64,000 bases of DNA, from positions 571,136-635,135 of the forward strand of contig OY781113.1 in assembly GCA_963676455.1 (NCBI GenBank), read 5' to 3'. This stretch comes from an uncultured Draconibacterium sp. GTDB taxonomy: Bacteria; Bacteroidota; Bacteroidia; Bacteroidales; Prolixibacteraceae. The notes beneath the pieces were generated by a model, which was not told where the DNA came from, did not search any database, and saw only the letters and a program-made list of their open reading frames with translations. Made by a program: the position numbers and the translations under genes. This document shows, in pieces, positions 10,309 through 20,771 of this stretch (position 1 is its first letter; every line of letters begins with the position of its first letter).

Positions 10309-11747
10309 TAGTCAAACCTTAAAAACACAATAGATTGTTGGTAATCAATTCATAACAATTTTTATTTGGTTTCTAAAAATGCAAGCAAATAGGTAAATTA
10401 GTGAAAAAGCTTGCAGATATGGTTGGGAAACAAGACAAAGCACCACAGTTGAGTATTTTTGACACACCTCTGAAGAGGTTCATTAATTTAGAACATGAAC
10501 TTTGTATTTTATCTCATCAAATAGATTGGGATTCAATTGAGGAAGAGTTTTCTGTTTATTATTCGGAAACGGGCCGTCCTTCAGTTCCTATCCGCAGGAT
10601 GGTTGGACTGCTATTGCTAAAGCACATCTATAATTTAAGTGACGAGGCCATGGTTGACAGGTGGATTGAAAACCCGTACTGGCAATACTTTAGCGGCGAG
10701 AAAGTTTTTCAAACCCAAAAGCCCTTCGACCCGACAGAATTTATACATTTTAGGAACCGGATAGGCAAAGAAGGTGCGGAAAAACTATTGAAAGTATCGA
10801 TACAACTATTTGGAAAAGAGGCTCAAGAAAAAGAGGTGTTGATTGACAGTACCGTGCAGGAGAAGAACATTACCTACCCGACCGATGCGAAACTGCATAA
10901 ACGTATTATCGGGAAAGTAAACAAGATAGCCAAACAGGAAGGGATAACATTGCGCCAAACTTATACAAGGACTTTAAAGCAGTTAATGATAGACCAGCGT
11001 TTTCACAGTCATCCCAGAAGGAAAAAGCAAGCCAAAGCAGCCATGCGCAAAATCAAAACCATAGCAGGCCGCCAGGTCAGGGATATTGAAAGAAAGTTTA
11101 CACCTGTACAGCAACAAAAATATAAGGAGTTGTTCATCATTCTCAATAAGATTTTACTTCAGGAAAAGACAGATAAAAATAAGATTTACAGCATTCACGA
11201 ACCAGAGGTTAGTTGTATTGCGAAGGGAAAAGAAGCCAAGAAGTTTGAGTTTGGGAATAAATCGGGGATTGTATTAACTAAAACCACTAAGATTGTAGTG
11301 GGTGCTATTGCTTTTGAAGGCAACCCCTACGATGGTCATACACTTGAAGAACATTTTACCCAAACAGAATATTTAACAGAAAGCAAACCAAAAACAGGAA
11401 TTGTTGATAGGGGCTATAAAGGGAAAAAGAAAATTAATGGAACAGAAATCATATCACCATCGGTCCCTAAAAATGAAACCACACAATACCAAAAACAGAA
11501 AGCAAGGAAACAATTTAGGGCAAGGGCAGGAATAGAACCAGTGATTAGTCATATCAAATACGATCACAGAATGTTAAGAAATTATTTGAAAGGTGTAATT
11601 GGTGACCAATTAAATACAATATTGGCCGGAACAGGTTACAACCTGAAGAAAATGCTCAATAGAATTAAAGAGCAAATTCTTTTTGACCTTATTCAAATCT
11701 TAAGTCTTGGGAAATTGCTTTTTTTCAAAGATAAGGTTCCAAAAAAT
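10309..11747 (+). mobile_element. IS5-family element, copy 1 (right terminal IR missing)
   Basis: Begins TAGTCAAACCTTAAAAA and matches the reverse complement of 33766-35204 (three upstream differences seen by eye). It diverges after ...GGTTCCAAAAAAT (11747) and lacks the final 24 bp present in copy 2. Confidence 0.9.
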
Positions 11748-11774
11748 TTAAGTCTTTCTATGTTAGATGTATAA
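10401..11774 (+). CDS. IS5-family DDE transposase (likely start ATG 10419)
   Basis: GRPSVPIRRM, LSDE..WIENPYWQYF, IDSTVQEK, KGK..K.EFG, DRGY and RAGIEPVISH motifs. The last ~9 codons read into flanking DNA. Confidence 0.95.
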   Translation: MKKLADMVGKQDKAPQLSIFDTPLKRFINLEHELCILSHQIDWDSIEEEFSVYYSETGRPSVPIRRMVGLLLLKHIYNLSDEAMVDRWIENPYWQYFSGEKVFQTQKPFDPTEFIHFRNRIGKEGAEKLLKVSIQLFGKEAQEKEVLIDSTVQEKNITYPTDAKLHKRIIGKVNKIAKQEGITLRQTYTRTLKQLMIDQRFHSHPRRKKQAKAAMRKIKTIAGRQVRDIERKFTPVQQQKYKELFIILNKILLQEKTDKNKIYSIHEPEVSCIAKGKEAKKFEFGNKSGIVLTKTTKIVVGAIAFEGNPYDGHTLEEHFTQTEYLTESKPKTGIVDRGYKGKKKINGTEIISPSVPKNETTQYQKQKARKQFRARAGIEPVISHIKYDHRMLRNYLKGVIGDQLNTILAGTGYNLKKMLNRIKEQILFDLIQILSLGKLLFFKDKVPKNLSLSMLDV

Positions 11775-11879
11775 ATGGTAGTTACACCCTCTTCTTCCAT
11801 TCTGTCCTTTAATGTAGGGAATGTTTATTAAAGGAATGTATTCAGATATCTACTTTTTCATGTGATCATGTCAAACCAG

Positions 11880-13163
11880 TTAGTCGCCCAACATGATTCG
11901 GATAATCTCCTTATCGGTTTCACGCATACCTTTGCTGGCTAGTCTTCCAATATTTTCTATCGTGTTTTCAACTCCTTTTTTTACTATGCCATCACCACCG
12001 TAAAACTGTTGTCCGTTTTTATACATATGGTAACCCAGAATTCCGGCATCTACTGCTGAGGCAATTTTACCGGCACATGATGGTTTTGCACCATCACAAA
12101 CTATTCCTGATACTATGGCCAAAGCATTTACAATGGTATGCGCAACTTCATCCAGTCTTCCCCCGTGCAGCCATGCAATTCCTGCTCCGGCGCCAACACC
12201 AGCTGATATGGCTCCACAATAGGCAGATAAACGCCCGATTTGCGTTTTTTGATGAATGGTAACAAGGTTGGCAACGATTAGCCCACGATACAATGTTTCC
12301 CGGGTTACCCCCAACTCTTTAGCATATTCAATAACGGGTAATGATGCTGTTAATCCCTGGTTCCCGCTTCCCGAAACAATCATTACCGGTAACCCGCAAC
12401 CGCTCATTCGCGCATCGGAACCTGCAGCAGCCATTGCTTTTGCCCGTATTTTTATATCAGCATTGCCCCAAGTATTTAATAACACCGAACCAATATTTGC
12501 CCCCCAATTGCTTTTTATTCCTTCATTGGCAATTGCTGTGTTGAAACTTATCTGCTTTTCAAGAAGATCTTTTAATTCTGAAATTTCCACAGATTCGGCA
12601 AAGTCGAGAATGCCTTCCACGCTCATAAAGGAACGGTCCAGTATTTGTTGAGGAGTTATATCATTACAATCCTGCTTATAAATTTCGGCTAAATTATTTT
12701 TAATCACCTTTACAATGTTGGTGTGATAATGAGATATCTGGACGGAAGCGCTTTCATCTCCTTTATAAACACTTACTCTTAAGTCAAAAACGATTTCGCT
12801 TTGTAAAGTGGTAACCTTTACTTCTCTAGTTTCAAGGAACCTGACAATATCGGCACGCTCTTCATCGGTAACTGTAGAAATTACTTCCAAAGCTTTATCA
12901 GCATCGCCTGCAACTATTCCTGCCACTGCCGACACTTCAATCCCTTTTAAACCTCCAGTGTTGGGAACAACAACACTCTTTACGTTTTTTATTATATTAT
13001 CACTGGCTTCTATCCAAACACGCTCCGGCATTGTTCCCAATATCCTCTTCGCCATGGCACTTGCATAAGCAATAGACATCGGTTCTGTACAGCCCATGGC
13101 AGGGATCAGCTCTTCTCTTAATATGCGTAAATATGCATTATATTTTGCATCTGCTCTTTCCAT
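11880..13163 (-). CDS. yhaM: UPF0597 / serine-dehydratase-alpha-like L-cysteine desulfidase (YhaM/CdsB family)
   Basis: PAMGCTEP, ASDARM-like AGSDARMSG, SGSGNQG, RLSAYCG and CDGAKPSCA motifs. Confidence 0.85.
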   Translation of the reverse strand: MERADAKYNAYLRILREELIPAMGCTEPMSIAYASAMAKRILGTMPERVWIEASDNIIKNVKSVVVPNTGGLKGIEVSAVAGIVAGDADKALEVISTVTDEERADIVRFLETREVKVTTLQSEIVFDLRVSVYKGDESASVQISHYHTNIVKVIKNNLAEIYKQDCNDITPQQILDRSFMSVEGILDFAESVEISELKDLLEKQISFNTAIANEGIKSNWGANIGSVLLNTWGNADIKIRAKAMAAAGSDARMSGCGLPVMIVSGSGNQGLTASLPVIEYAKELGVTRETLYRGLIVANLVTIHQKTQIGRLSAYCGAISAGVGAGAGIAWLHGGRLDEVAHTIVNALAIVSGIVCDGAKPSCAGKIASAVDAGILGYHMYKNGQQFYGGDGIVKKGVENTIENIGRLASKGMRETDKEIIRIMLGD

Positions 13164-13258
13164 TCCTTTTGTTTAAAATGACCAATTAGGATAAAATTCC
13201 ATGTCCCGAAAATCATGGTTTATTTAGCAACGTTAATATTTAATAAGGATATTACTTA

Positions 13259-14272
13259 TTAAATGTTTAGCTCTTTTAAGAGCGTTTTTAGTTCTTCGCT
13301 AGAGGGTCTTGGTGCATCGGCAGAAACTATGTTTCCTTGTGGATCTATTAAAATAAACCGGGGTATTCCATCGATTTTATATGCTGTTACAAAATCGGAC
13401 ATAAAATTTTTATCTGCCAACAGTTGAATTCCCCCCATTTTTTTTTCTTTAATCATTTCTTTCCACTTTCCATAGGCATCTGGCTTGTCAACAGAAATAC
13501 TTACGAATTCTATGTTTTTCCCATGGTATTCTTGCTCTACTTTTTGTAAAAACGGGATTTCAGCCTTACAAGGCCCACACCAAGTTGCCCACACATCAAT
13601 ATATACATATTTTCCTTTCAAATCCTCTAATGAAGTGGTGCCTCCTTTGTAATTTTCGTAGTTCACAAATTTTGGAGATTCTTTTCCCCGGCCCAAAACA
13701 TCTCTTAAATACACATTTTGTTCGTATGCATTGGTTAAATATTCAGTTAACCCTTCTAGCTGCGTTATTTGCTGTACAGAAAAGGCAGAGTCCAGATTCT
13801 TGGTGTTTTCAAGTAAATCATTGAATTTATTAACTATACCTCTCGCTTTATTTTCAAATGCTTCTTTATCTAAGTCAAACATTGATTGATCACTAAACTC
13901 TTGCTCTTGTAGTAAGTACATTTTAGCCAAATAATTGCTTCCTTCAGCTCCAGTTCCAGAATAACTAATGGTTTCATCAAATTTTTTTGCGTCAATAGTC
14001 ATATGTATATCAAAACCATTCTTTAAATAAATATTAGTCGATTCTGTTCCATCAAATAGATTATAGACTCCCGCTTCTACTTTCAAAGTATCAGAAAAGG
14101 TTCCATCTTTATACACTTTTATTTTTTTTGAATAGGTTCTGGAACGAACAATTAGGGAATCTGAATTTTGGTTGGTAATCGTTCCCGAAAAAGAAGCATA
14201 ATCTTTTGGGGCTTCTTTTTTGCATGATACAAGTACTAAAGTAATGATCGCTGTGTAAATTAAATTCTTCAC
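13259..14272 (-). CDS. TlpA/ResA-family thiol-disulfide oxidoreductase lipoprotein
   Basis: Lipobox LVSC; YIDVWATWCGPCKAE; GIPRFILIDPQG. Confidence 0.92.
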   Translation of the reverse strand: MKNLIYTAIITLVLVSCKKEAPKDYASFSGTITNQNSDSLIVRSRTYSKKIKVYKDGTFSDTLKVEAGVYNLFDGTESTNIYLKNGFDIHMTIDAKKFDETISYSGTGAEGSNYLAKMYLLQEQEFSDQSMFDLDKEAFENKARGIVNKFNDLLENTKNLDSAFSVQQITQLEGLTEYLTNAYEQNVYLRDVLGRGKESPKFVNYENYKGGTTSLEDLKGKYVYIDVWATWCGPCKAEIPFLQKVEQEYHGKNIEFVSISVDKPDAYGKWKEMIKEKKMGGIQLLADKNFMSDFVTAYKIDGIPRFILIDPQGNIVSADAPRPSSEELKTLLKELNI

Positions 14273-14287
14273 TGGATTTATTTTAGA

Positions 14288-16264
14288 TTAATTTTTAAAT
14301 TTTGAAATGCCCCTTTTTAACCAATTGTAATAGTTATCAACATTTGGCGTATAGGCTATGGGGTCTATAAGATTCTCTCCATTATGGTCCATTAACACAT
14401 AAAAAGGTTGCGTATTCGCTTTATATTTAATGGTTTGTAATTCACTCCATTTTTGACCAATGTACTTCAATTGATTGCCAGGGCGCAACTTAGACTCTAC
14501 CACATCTCCTTCTGGCAAAGGGCGCTTATCATCAACATATAAAGAAATCAAAACAACATCATTCTTTAAAATATTTAATACCTTTTCATTTGGCCAAACG
14601 TTCTGTTCCATCTTTCTACAATTCACACATGCCCAACCCGTAAAATCTATCATGACTGGTTTTCCCTTTTCTTTTGCATAGGCCAAACCTTTATCATAAT
14701 CATTAAATGCCAAAATATCGTGGGGTTCCAGTAAATGTGCTCCTTCAGGTAAACCATCATGATTAGTTGCTGATGCTAACGTTCCACTTCCAACTTTAGT
14801 AAAACCTACTCCATAAGGTGATTCACTATAATTTTGTGGCGGAGGAAACGCACTGATCAAGTTCAATGGCGCACCCCAAAGTCCAGGAATCATGTAAATG
14901 GTAAACGATAATACCAATAAGCCTAAACTTAATCTACCGACAGATATATGTGTCACTGGAGAATCGTGCGGCAATTGCATTTTTCCAAATAGATACAATG
15001 CTAAGGCTCCGAATATGGCAATCCAAATAGCAAGGAACACTTCGCGTTCCAAAAAGTGTGCTTGCAATACCAAGTCTGCATTCGATAAAAATTTAAACGC
15101 CAATGCCAGTTCCAAAAAGCCCAGGACCACTTTAACGGAATTTAACCACCCACCAGACCTCGGGAGCGAGTTCAACCATCCTGGAAAGGCAGCAAACAAC
15201 GCGAATGGTAAAGCAAGCGCCAATGAAAATCCTAACATTCCTATGATAGGTGCCAGCCCTCCCTTGGATGCTGCCTCGACCAATAGCGTGCCCACAATCG
15301 GTCCCGTACAGGAGAACGACACGATCGCAAGGGCTAGAGCCATAAAGAAAATACCGATAAGCCCGCTCCTGTCTGCCTGCCTGTCGACCTTGTTGGCCCA
15401 TTTGTTAGGCAACATGATTTCAAAGGCTCCTAAAAAGGACAACGCAAAGATGACCAACAGCAAGAAGAAAATTATATTGAACCATACATTAGTGGCCAGT
15501 GCGTTTAGGGAATCCGCCCCAAAGATGCCCGTTACGGCCGTACCCAACAGTACATAGATGAAAATGATACTGACTCCAAAAATAATGGCGTTCTTGATGC
15601 CCGCAGCTTTGGTCTTGCTCTGCTTGGTGAAAAAACTCACCGTCATGGGGATCATGGGGAACACGCATGGAGTCAACAGAGCCGCAAATCCCGATAAAAA
15701 AGCTATGAAAAAGATGGACCACAGTCCTTTGTGTGAATCGTCATTATTCGTTGTATTTTCATTGGCTAAAGCAGCTGTCTCTGTACTTTTTTCTGTAGTA
15801 CTCGCAATAGCATTTTCATCCAATTTAAAAACTAATTCCACTTCAGAAGGTGGCAAACATCTGCTGTCGTCGCAAACCATAAATTCCACAAAAGCATTGA
15901 TGGATTTCACATCACCTTCAACCACTATTTTTTGTTTGAAAGTCGTCGTTTTTTCGAAAAACTTGATTTTCATTCCAAAAACGGGGTCATCAATGGTATG
16001 CCCTTCTTCTTCTGAGGTATTCCCAACTAGGTTAAAAATTCCGTTGCTATCATCATACGTAAATGTCGTTGCTATAGGTCCACCTTCTGGAACCGTTTGT
16101 GAATATAAGTGCCATCCAGATTCTATGGTTGCTTTAGCTATTAACTCATATTCTGTGTCTGAAACCTTTTCAACAGACGTTATCCATTTTACAGGTGTTA
16201 AAACTTGTGAATTAACTGTGGCGCTTAATAATAAAGCACATAATACAATAAGGTACTGTCTCAT
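14288..16264 (-). CDS. dsbD: Thiol:disulfide interchange protein DsbD (N-domain, membrane domain, thioredoxin)
   Basis: GWHLYS/CDDSRC N-domain; [10 protein letters not shown] and FSCTGP membrane cysteines; [14 protein letters not shown] thioredoxin domain. Confidence 0.95.
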   Translation of the reverse strand: MRQYLIVLCALLLSATVNSQVLTPVKWITSVEKVSDTEYELIAKATIESGWHLYSQTVPEGGPIATTFTYDDSNGIFNLVGNTSEEEGHTIDDPVFGMKIKFFEKTTTFKQKIVVEGDVKSINAFVEFMVCDDSRCLPPSEVELVFKLDENAIASTTEKSTETAALANENTTNNDDSHKGLWSIFFIAFLSGFAALLTPCVFPMIPMTVSFFTKQSKTKAAGIKNAIIFGVSIIFIYVLLGTAVTGIFGADSLNALATNVWFNIIFFLLLVIFALSFLGAFEIMLPNKWANKVDRQADRSGLIGIFFMALALAIVSFSCTGPIVGTLLVEAASKGGLAPIIGMLGFSLALALPFALFAAFPGWLNSLPRSGGWLNSVKVVLGFLELALAFKFLSNADLVLQAHFLEREVFLAIWIAIFGALALYLFGKMQLPHDSPVTHISVGRLSLGLLVLSFTIYMIPGLWGAPLNLISAFPPPQNYSESPYGVGFTKVGSGTLASATNHDGLPEGAHLLEPHDILAFNDYDKGLAYAKEKGKPVMIDFTGWACVNCRKMEQNVWPNEKVLNILKNDVVLISLYVDDKRPLPEGDVVESKLRPGNQLKYIGQKWSELQTIKYKANTQPFYVLMDHNGENLIDPIAYTPNVDNYYNWLKRGISKFKN

Positions 16265-16278
16265 TTTCTAATACTGAT

Positions 16279-16725
16279 TTATTTGATATTGAATACCAGA
16301 TCGACTTCGGTTGGTGGTAAACATCTGCTATCATCACATACCATAAATTCAACTGTTGCATCGACTTTGAATGGTACTTTTTCTTTTAATTTGATTCGTT
16401 GTTTGAAAGATGCTTTATTCTCAAAAAATTTAATTTGCATTCCAAAAACAGGATCATCAACCATATGTCCTTTGTCTTCCAGGGTATTTCCTTTTTTAAG
16501 GTAGTTTCCGTTGCCTTTAAAAGTAAAACTTGTTGCAATTGGACCACCTTCTGGAACATTCTGAGAATACAAATGCCATTTAGACTCTATAGTTGCAGTT
16601 GCAACTAACTCGTATTCTGTATCTGATATTTTAGTTACTGATGTAGACCATTTTACAGGTTTTAAAATTTGTGCTTGTGCGAAAGTTGATGTAAGCAAAG
16701 CAATTACTAAAATTAAATTTTTCAT
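16279..16725 (-). CDS. Stand-alone DsbD N-terminal (DsbD-alpha) domain protein
   Basis: KWHLYSQ..GGP and [12 protein letters not shown]; clearly paralogous to the N-terminus of the adjacent DsbD. Confidence 0.9.
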   Translation of the reverse strand: MKNLILVIALLTSTFAQAQILKPVKWSTSVTKISDTEYELVATATIESKWHLYSQNVPEGGPIATSFTFKGNGNYLKKGNTLEDKGHMVDDPVFGMQIKFFENKASFKQRIKLKEKVPFKVDATVEFMVCDDSRCLPPTEVDLVFNIK

Positions 16726-16742
16726 TTATTTATAATATTAAA

Positions 16743-19553
16743 TTATTGTTTCGGTTTAAATACAACTTCATACGATTTACCCCCACTAAGAACTTCTTTT
16801 GCCATAGCTTGAATATCCTTTTTACTCATCTTGTTTACAATGTCTTCGAAATTTCCAGGATCATTAATATTTTCATTAAATCTAAAATACGCTGTTAGCC
16901 ATTGCATATCGAAAGCATTTTTATCTTTTCCCTGTTCACGTTCTTTAATAAAATTGGTCCTTGTTTTACTTAAATCGTCATCATTAATCGTTCCATCAGC
17001 TATTTTTTGTAGCTCTTCATTAACAATATTGACTAATTTATCGGCCATATCCGGATTACAATCAAAACGGAATGCTACATAAATTTGAGGTTTTGGTTCT
17101 CTAATAAAGTAAGCACCAGCTTGTGGACTATATGCACCGCCCTCAGCTTCTCTTACTGTTTCTGTTACCCGTAATTGTAAAATATCTCCCAAAGCACTGG
17201 TATAAATGCTGTTTTTTATTGAATATGGCATTTCTTTCAGATAAGCAATATTCACAGATGCTTTTGGATCTTCCATGGTTAAATAGATATCCTCATCTAT
17301 TTTGTTAGAATTCCATTCAGGACTATTACTTTCATAGGATTCTTTTGTATTTTTAGTAGGAATACCAGCAAAATATTTCTCCAAAAGTGGTTTTAATTGC
17401 TCTATTTTCACATCACCTACTATGAAGAACTCAAAATCTGAAGCATCGGCAAAACGCTGGTTGTAAATCGTTTTAATTTTTTCAAGCGAAATGGCATCAG
17501 CATAATCTTTGTTAAATATTCGTTTTCTGGGATTGTTTTTACCATATAAAGTAACGGTTAAACTATCTTTCATTTTCTCACCAATATCCTTACTTCTTCT
17601 AACAATATAATTGTCTATATTGCTCTCTAAAACTTGAAAGGCTTGTTCGTCAAAACGGGGTTTTACAAAATAAACATATACCATTTGTAACATGGTTTCT
17701 ACATCTTTTGTATTTGAAGATCCAGAAAGCGATTCGTTTATATCTCCAAGGCTAATCCTGACATTAGCCGTTTTTCCTGCTAATATTTTTTGCAAATCGG
17801 TCGCATTGAAATCACCTAAACCAGACATTGAAATTAAATCACCTAACAAATTTGCAGATGGCAACTCATCATCACTTAAAAGCGAGGTTCCACCATAACT
17901 AACAGCACTTAAAGACACCATGTCCTTTTCTTTATCTACATACTTATAATGTACTTTTATACCGTTACTCAAGACAAATGTGGTTGATCCGGTTTCTTTA
18001 TTAGGAATTGTTTTTGATATTGCTCCTGCTTTAATATTTAAATCGGATACTAATGTTTTTCCATCTAAAGCTTCGGTATAAGGGGCTATGTCAGCATCAC
18101 TTTCTACTTCTGAAATAATTTGTTTGGCTTGGTTTTCGGTTAAATTATCCTGGCCCTCAACACCTGTTACATTTAAATATCTATTTTCTTTAGAATATAA
18201 CCTCTTTATTGTTTCATGGAGTTCTTGTGGGGTAATTTCTTTAAAAATTTGCTTTGCTAACTCATATTCCTTTTCAATATCCGTCATTGTGCTATTTGAT
18301 AAGTAGTTGCTTTGGATAACGTTCTCTATTTCCCCATGGCTGAGATCATTTTTCTTGGCAATTTGATTTTCATAAGAACTTTTAGACTTAGCAATAGATC
18401 TATCTATCTCTGATTGCGTAAATCCAAATTTTACGGCTCTTTCCACTTCTGTCAACACTTCCTTAAAAGCCTTAGCTTGTTTATTTAATTTAGGATAGAT
18501 TCCTATACTAAAAACATTGGAGGTCCTGGTAAATCCCCAATATCCAATTTGAGCCCCTAAAAAAGCAGCATCAGGATTTTGTGATTTTTCTGAAACTCTT
18601 TCAGACAGCATGCCTGTTGCCATTGACTCCAGTAACGTCCTTTTTAAATCTGCAACAGTTTCTGGTTTTAGTGACTTTTTATGACGAATCCTTAAACTAA
18701 CGGATGCTGTTGACACCTCAGGATCTGTACCAAAAACAAAGGCCATGTCTTTATTGCCTGGTATATCAACTATAACACGCTCTTTTGGGTTTTCTACCGC
18801 TGGAATATCAGAAAATTTCTCTTTAATTTTTTGCTCTATATCATTCACATTTACATCACCCACAACGGCAATAGCTTGTAAGTCTGAACGATACCAGTCG
18901 TGATAAAAATCGCGTAACGCTTTATAATCAAACCCTTCAACCACAGACATCAATCCTATCGGCATTCTATCGGCATATTTTGAATGGTTATATGTAATAG
19001 GCAAAGCCTTTTCAAACAAACGTCTTCTACCACTTTGACCAGTGCGCCATTCTTCTTTTATAATACCTCGCTCTGCATCGATTTCTTCGTCGGTTAACAA
19101 CAAATAATTGGACCAATCGATTAACACTGTTAAACAAGTATCTATCAACCCGTCTTTTGTTGGTATATTGTCTAAATTATAGACTGTTTCATCAAAATCA
19201 GTATAGGCATTAATGTCCTGACCAAACACAGCACCGTGCTTTTGTAATGTATTTAAAATGCCTTTACCAGGGAAATGTTCTGTTCCGTTAAAAGCCATGT
19301 GCTCTAAAAAATGGGCTAATCCACGTTGATCCTCATTTTCTAAAATAGAACCTACGTTTTGTATGATGTAATAACTTGCAGCGCCTTTTACCACATCGGT
19401 ACTTTTTATGTAGTAAGTCATTCCATTGGGCAAAACGCCTTTTTTTATGGTCTTATCTACAGGTAATGGAGTTTCATAATTTAATGGCTGGCCTACTGAT
19501 TTGAACGTAAAAGCCACTGATAGAGTAAAAAGAAAAAATAAAATGCGTTTCAT
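16743..19553 (-). CDS. M16 family zinc metallopeptidase (PqqL-like)
   Basis: GLAHFLEHMAFNGT (inverted HxxEH), NAYTDFDETVY, ERGIIKEEWR and RETVREAEGGAY-type C-terminal motif. Confidence 0.95.
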   Translation of the reverse strand: MKRILFFLFTLSVAFTFKSVGQPLNYETPLPVDKTIKKGVLPNGMTYYIKSTDVVKGAASYYIIQNVGSILENEDQRGLAHFLEHMAFNGTEHFPGKGILNTLQKHGAVFGQDINAYTDFDETVYNLDNIPTKDGLIDTCLTVLIDWSNYLLLTDEEIDAERGIIKEEWRTGQSGRRRLFEKALPITYNHSKYADRMPIGLMSVVEGFDYKALRDFYHDWYRSDLQAIAVVGDVNVNDIEQKIKEKFSDIPAVENPKERVIVDIPGNKDMAFVFGTDPEVSTASVSLRIRHKKSLKPETVADLKRTLLESMATGMLSERVSEKSQNPDAAFLGAQIGYWGFTRTSNVFSIGIYPKLNKQAKAFKEVLTEVERAVKFGFTQSEIDRSIAKSKSSYENQIAKKNDLSHGEIENVIQSNYLSNSTMTDIEKEYELAKQIFKEITPQELHETIKRLYSKENRYLNVTGVEGQDNLTENQAKQIISEVESDADIAPYTEALDGKTLVSDLNIKAGAISKTIPNKETGSTTFVLSNGIKVHYKYVDKEKDMVSLSAVSYGGTSLLSDDELPSANLLGDLISMSGLGDFNATDLQKILAGKTANVRISLGDINESLSGSSNTKDVETMLQMVYVYFVKPRFDEQAFQVLESNIDNYIVRRSKDIGEKMKDSLTVTLYGKNNPRKRIFNKDYADAISLEKIKTIYNQRFADASDFEFFIVGDVKIEQLKPLLEKYFAGIPTKNTKESYESNSPEWNSNKIDEDIYLTMEDPKASVNIAYLKEMPYSIKNSIYTSALGDILQLRVTETVREAEGGAYSPQAGAYFIREPKPQIYVAFRFDCNPDMADKLVNIVNEELQKIADGTINDDDLSKTRTNFIKEREQGKDKNAFDMQWLTAYFRFNENINDPGNFEDIVNKMSKKDIQAMAKEVLSGGKSYEVVFKPKQ

Positions 19554-19636
19554 AAAAACTATATTTTAATTGATGTTTATCTTTTTAAGAATAAATCCTT
19601 AACTGTTTGTTCTGTAGTTATTTTGAAAGTTTTGTT

Positions 19637-19668
19637 AAAAGAGGACTTCTTTTGAACACCCCTCTTTT
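19637..19668. terminator. Probable intrinsic terminator
   Basis: AAAAGAGG...CCTCTTTT inverted repeat in the 19554-19832 intergenic region. Confidence 0.6.
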
Positions 19669-19832
19669 CTCGGTTTTTGTTCAAAATTGAGTGACTAATT
19701 CAAATAAGTTTTTTAAAGCAAAAAAATATTGAAATGCTATGAATAATATTTTTGTTTCTGATGATTTTTGAAACGATTATTAAAACGTCAATAACCATTA
19801 ATACCGTAAAATATTACATAAAAAAGAACGAA

Positions 19833-20741
19833 CTAATTATTAAATATTTCGGATAATGTTGTTTGTAGATTTTCTCCCCTAAGGTTTTTAGCCACAATTT
19901 TACCGTCCGGATTGATTAAAAAATTTGCAGGAACGGTTGTTACACCATAGATATTTGCAACTGTACTTTCGGCAATCGTTTCATCTAACAAATTTAACCA
20001 CGGCAAGTTATCCTCTTTAACTGCTTTCATCCAGGAGTTCTTATTTCTATCTAGTGAGATAGAAATAATTTCAAAATTGTTACTCTTGAATTTCTTATAA
20101 GCTTTAATTAGATTGGGGTTTTCTGCTCTACATGGTTTACACCATGATGCCCAAAAATCTACTAAAACATATTTTCCACTAAATTGACTGAGACTATGCT
20201 CTTTATCTTTCGCGTCCTTAAGTGTAAAAGCGCTTGCTTGTTTTGTATCAGCTTCTTGTTGAGTTAGATAAGTATTATCATTGGGTGAAGCTTCTAAAGA
20301 ACCAGTATTAAAGCTTATCGAAAACTTTTCTATTTTAGGAGGTAAGCACATAGCATCTGTGCATGCCATATATTTTATAGTAAAATTTAAATTTATTTCT
20401 TCTTTTGATTTCAACCTTAAGCTTTGGGTAAAGATGGCTCCTTTAGAGTAATAAGAACTTTGCTCATGCCCTTTCTCTATTCCTCTTTCTTTAGTTCCAT
20501 CAATTAATTCAATATTGCTATTTTCTTTAAAACTTATTTGAGTTGGCATTGCCAATCCTGCATTAGATGCTTGTTGCGTATAAATATGCCATGGCTCCTT
20601 TACTGTTGCCTCCATTTTAAGATCGTAAGTAAGCGGACCTGTTTTTACAGTGTCAATTTTCCATGATACCATTTGGTTATTCTGGGAAAATCCCCAAAAT
20701 GCTGTCACACTCATTATTAGTAAAAAAATAATTCGTTTCAT
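19833..20741 (-). CDS. DsbD-N domain fused to a TlpA thioredoxin
   Basis: N-half PWHIYT..YMACTDAMCLPP; C-half LVDFWASWCKPCRAENP. Confidence 0.9.
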   Translation of the reverse strand: MKRIIFLLIMSVTAFWGFSQNNQMVSWKIDTVKTGPLTYDLKMEATVKEPWHIYTQQASNAGLAMPTQISFKENSNIELIDGTKERGIEKGHEQSSYYSKGAIFTQSLRLKSKEEINLNFTIKYMACTDAMCLPPKIEKFSISFNTGSLEASPNDNTYLTQQEADTKQASAFTLKDAKDKEHSLSQFSGKYVLVDFWASWCKPCRAENPNLIKAYKKFKSNNFEIISISLDRNKNSWMKAVKEDNLPWLNLLDETIAESTVANIYGVTTVPANFLINPDGKIVAKNLRGENLQTTLSEIFNN

Positions 20742-20771
20742 AATATAACTTGAATTTGATTTATTTAAACA

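Noticed and set aside
14898-16271. Long antisense ORFs 14898-15557 and 15558-16271 opposite dsbD
   Set aside because: Antisense shadows, favoured by the GC-rich patch; no family motifs.
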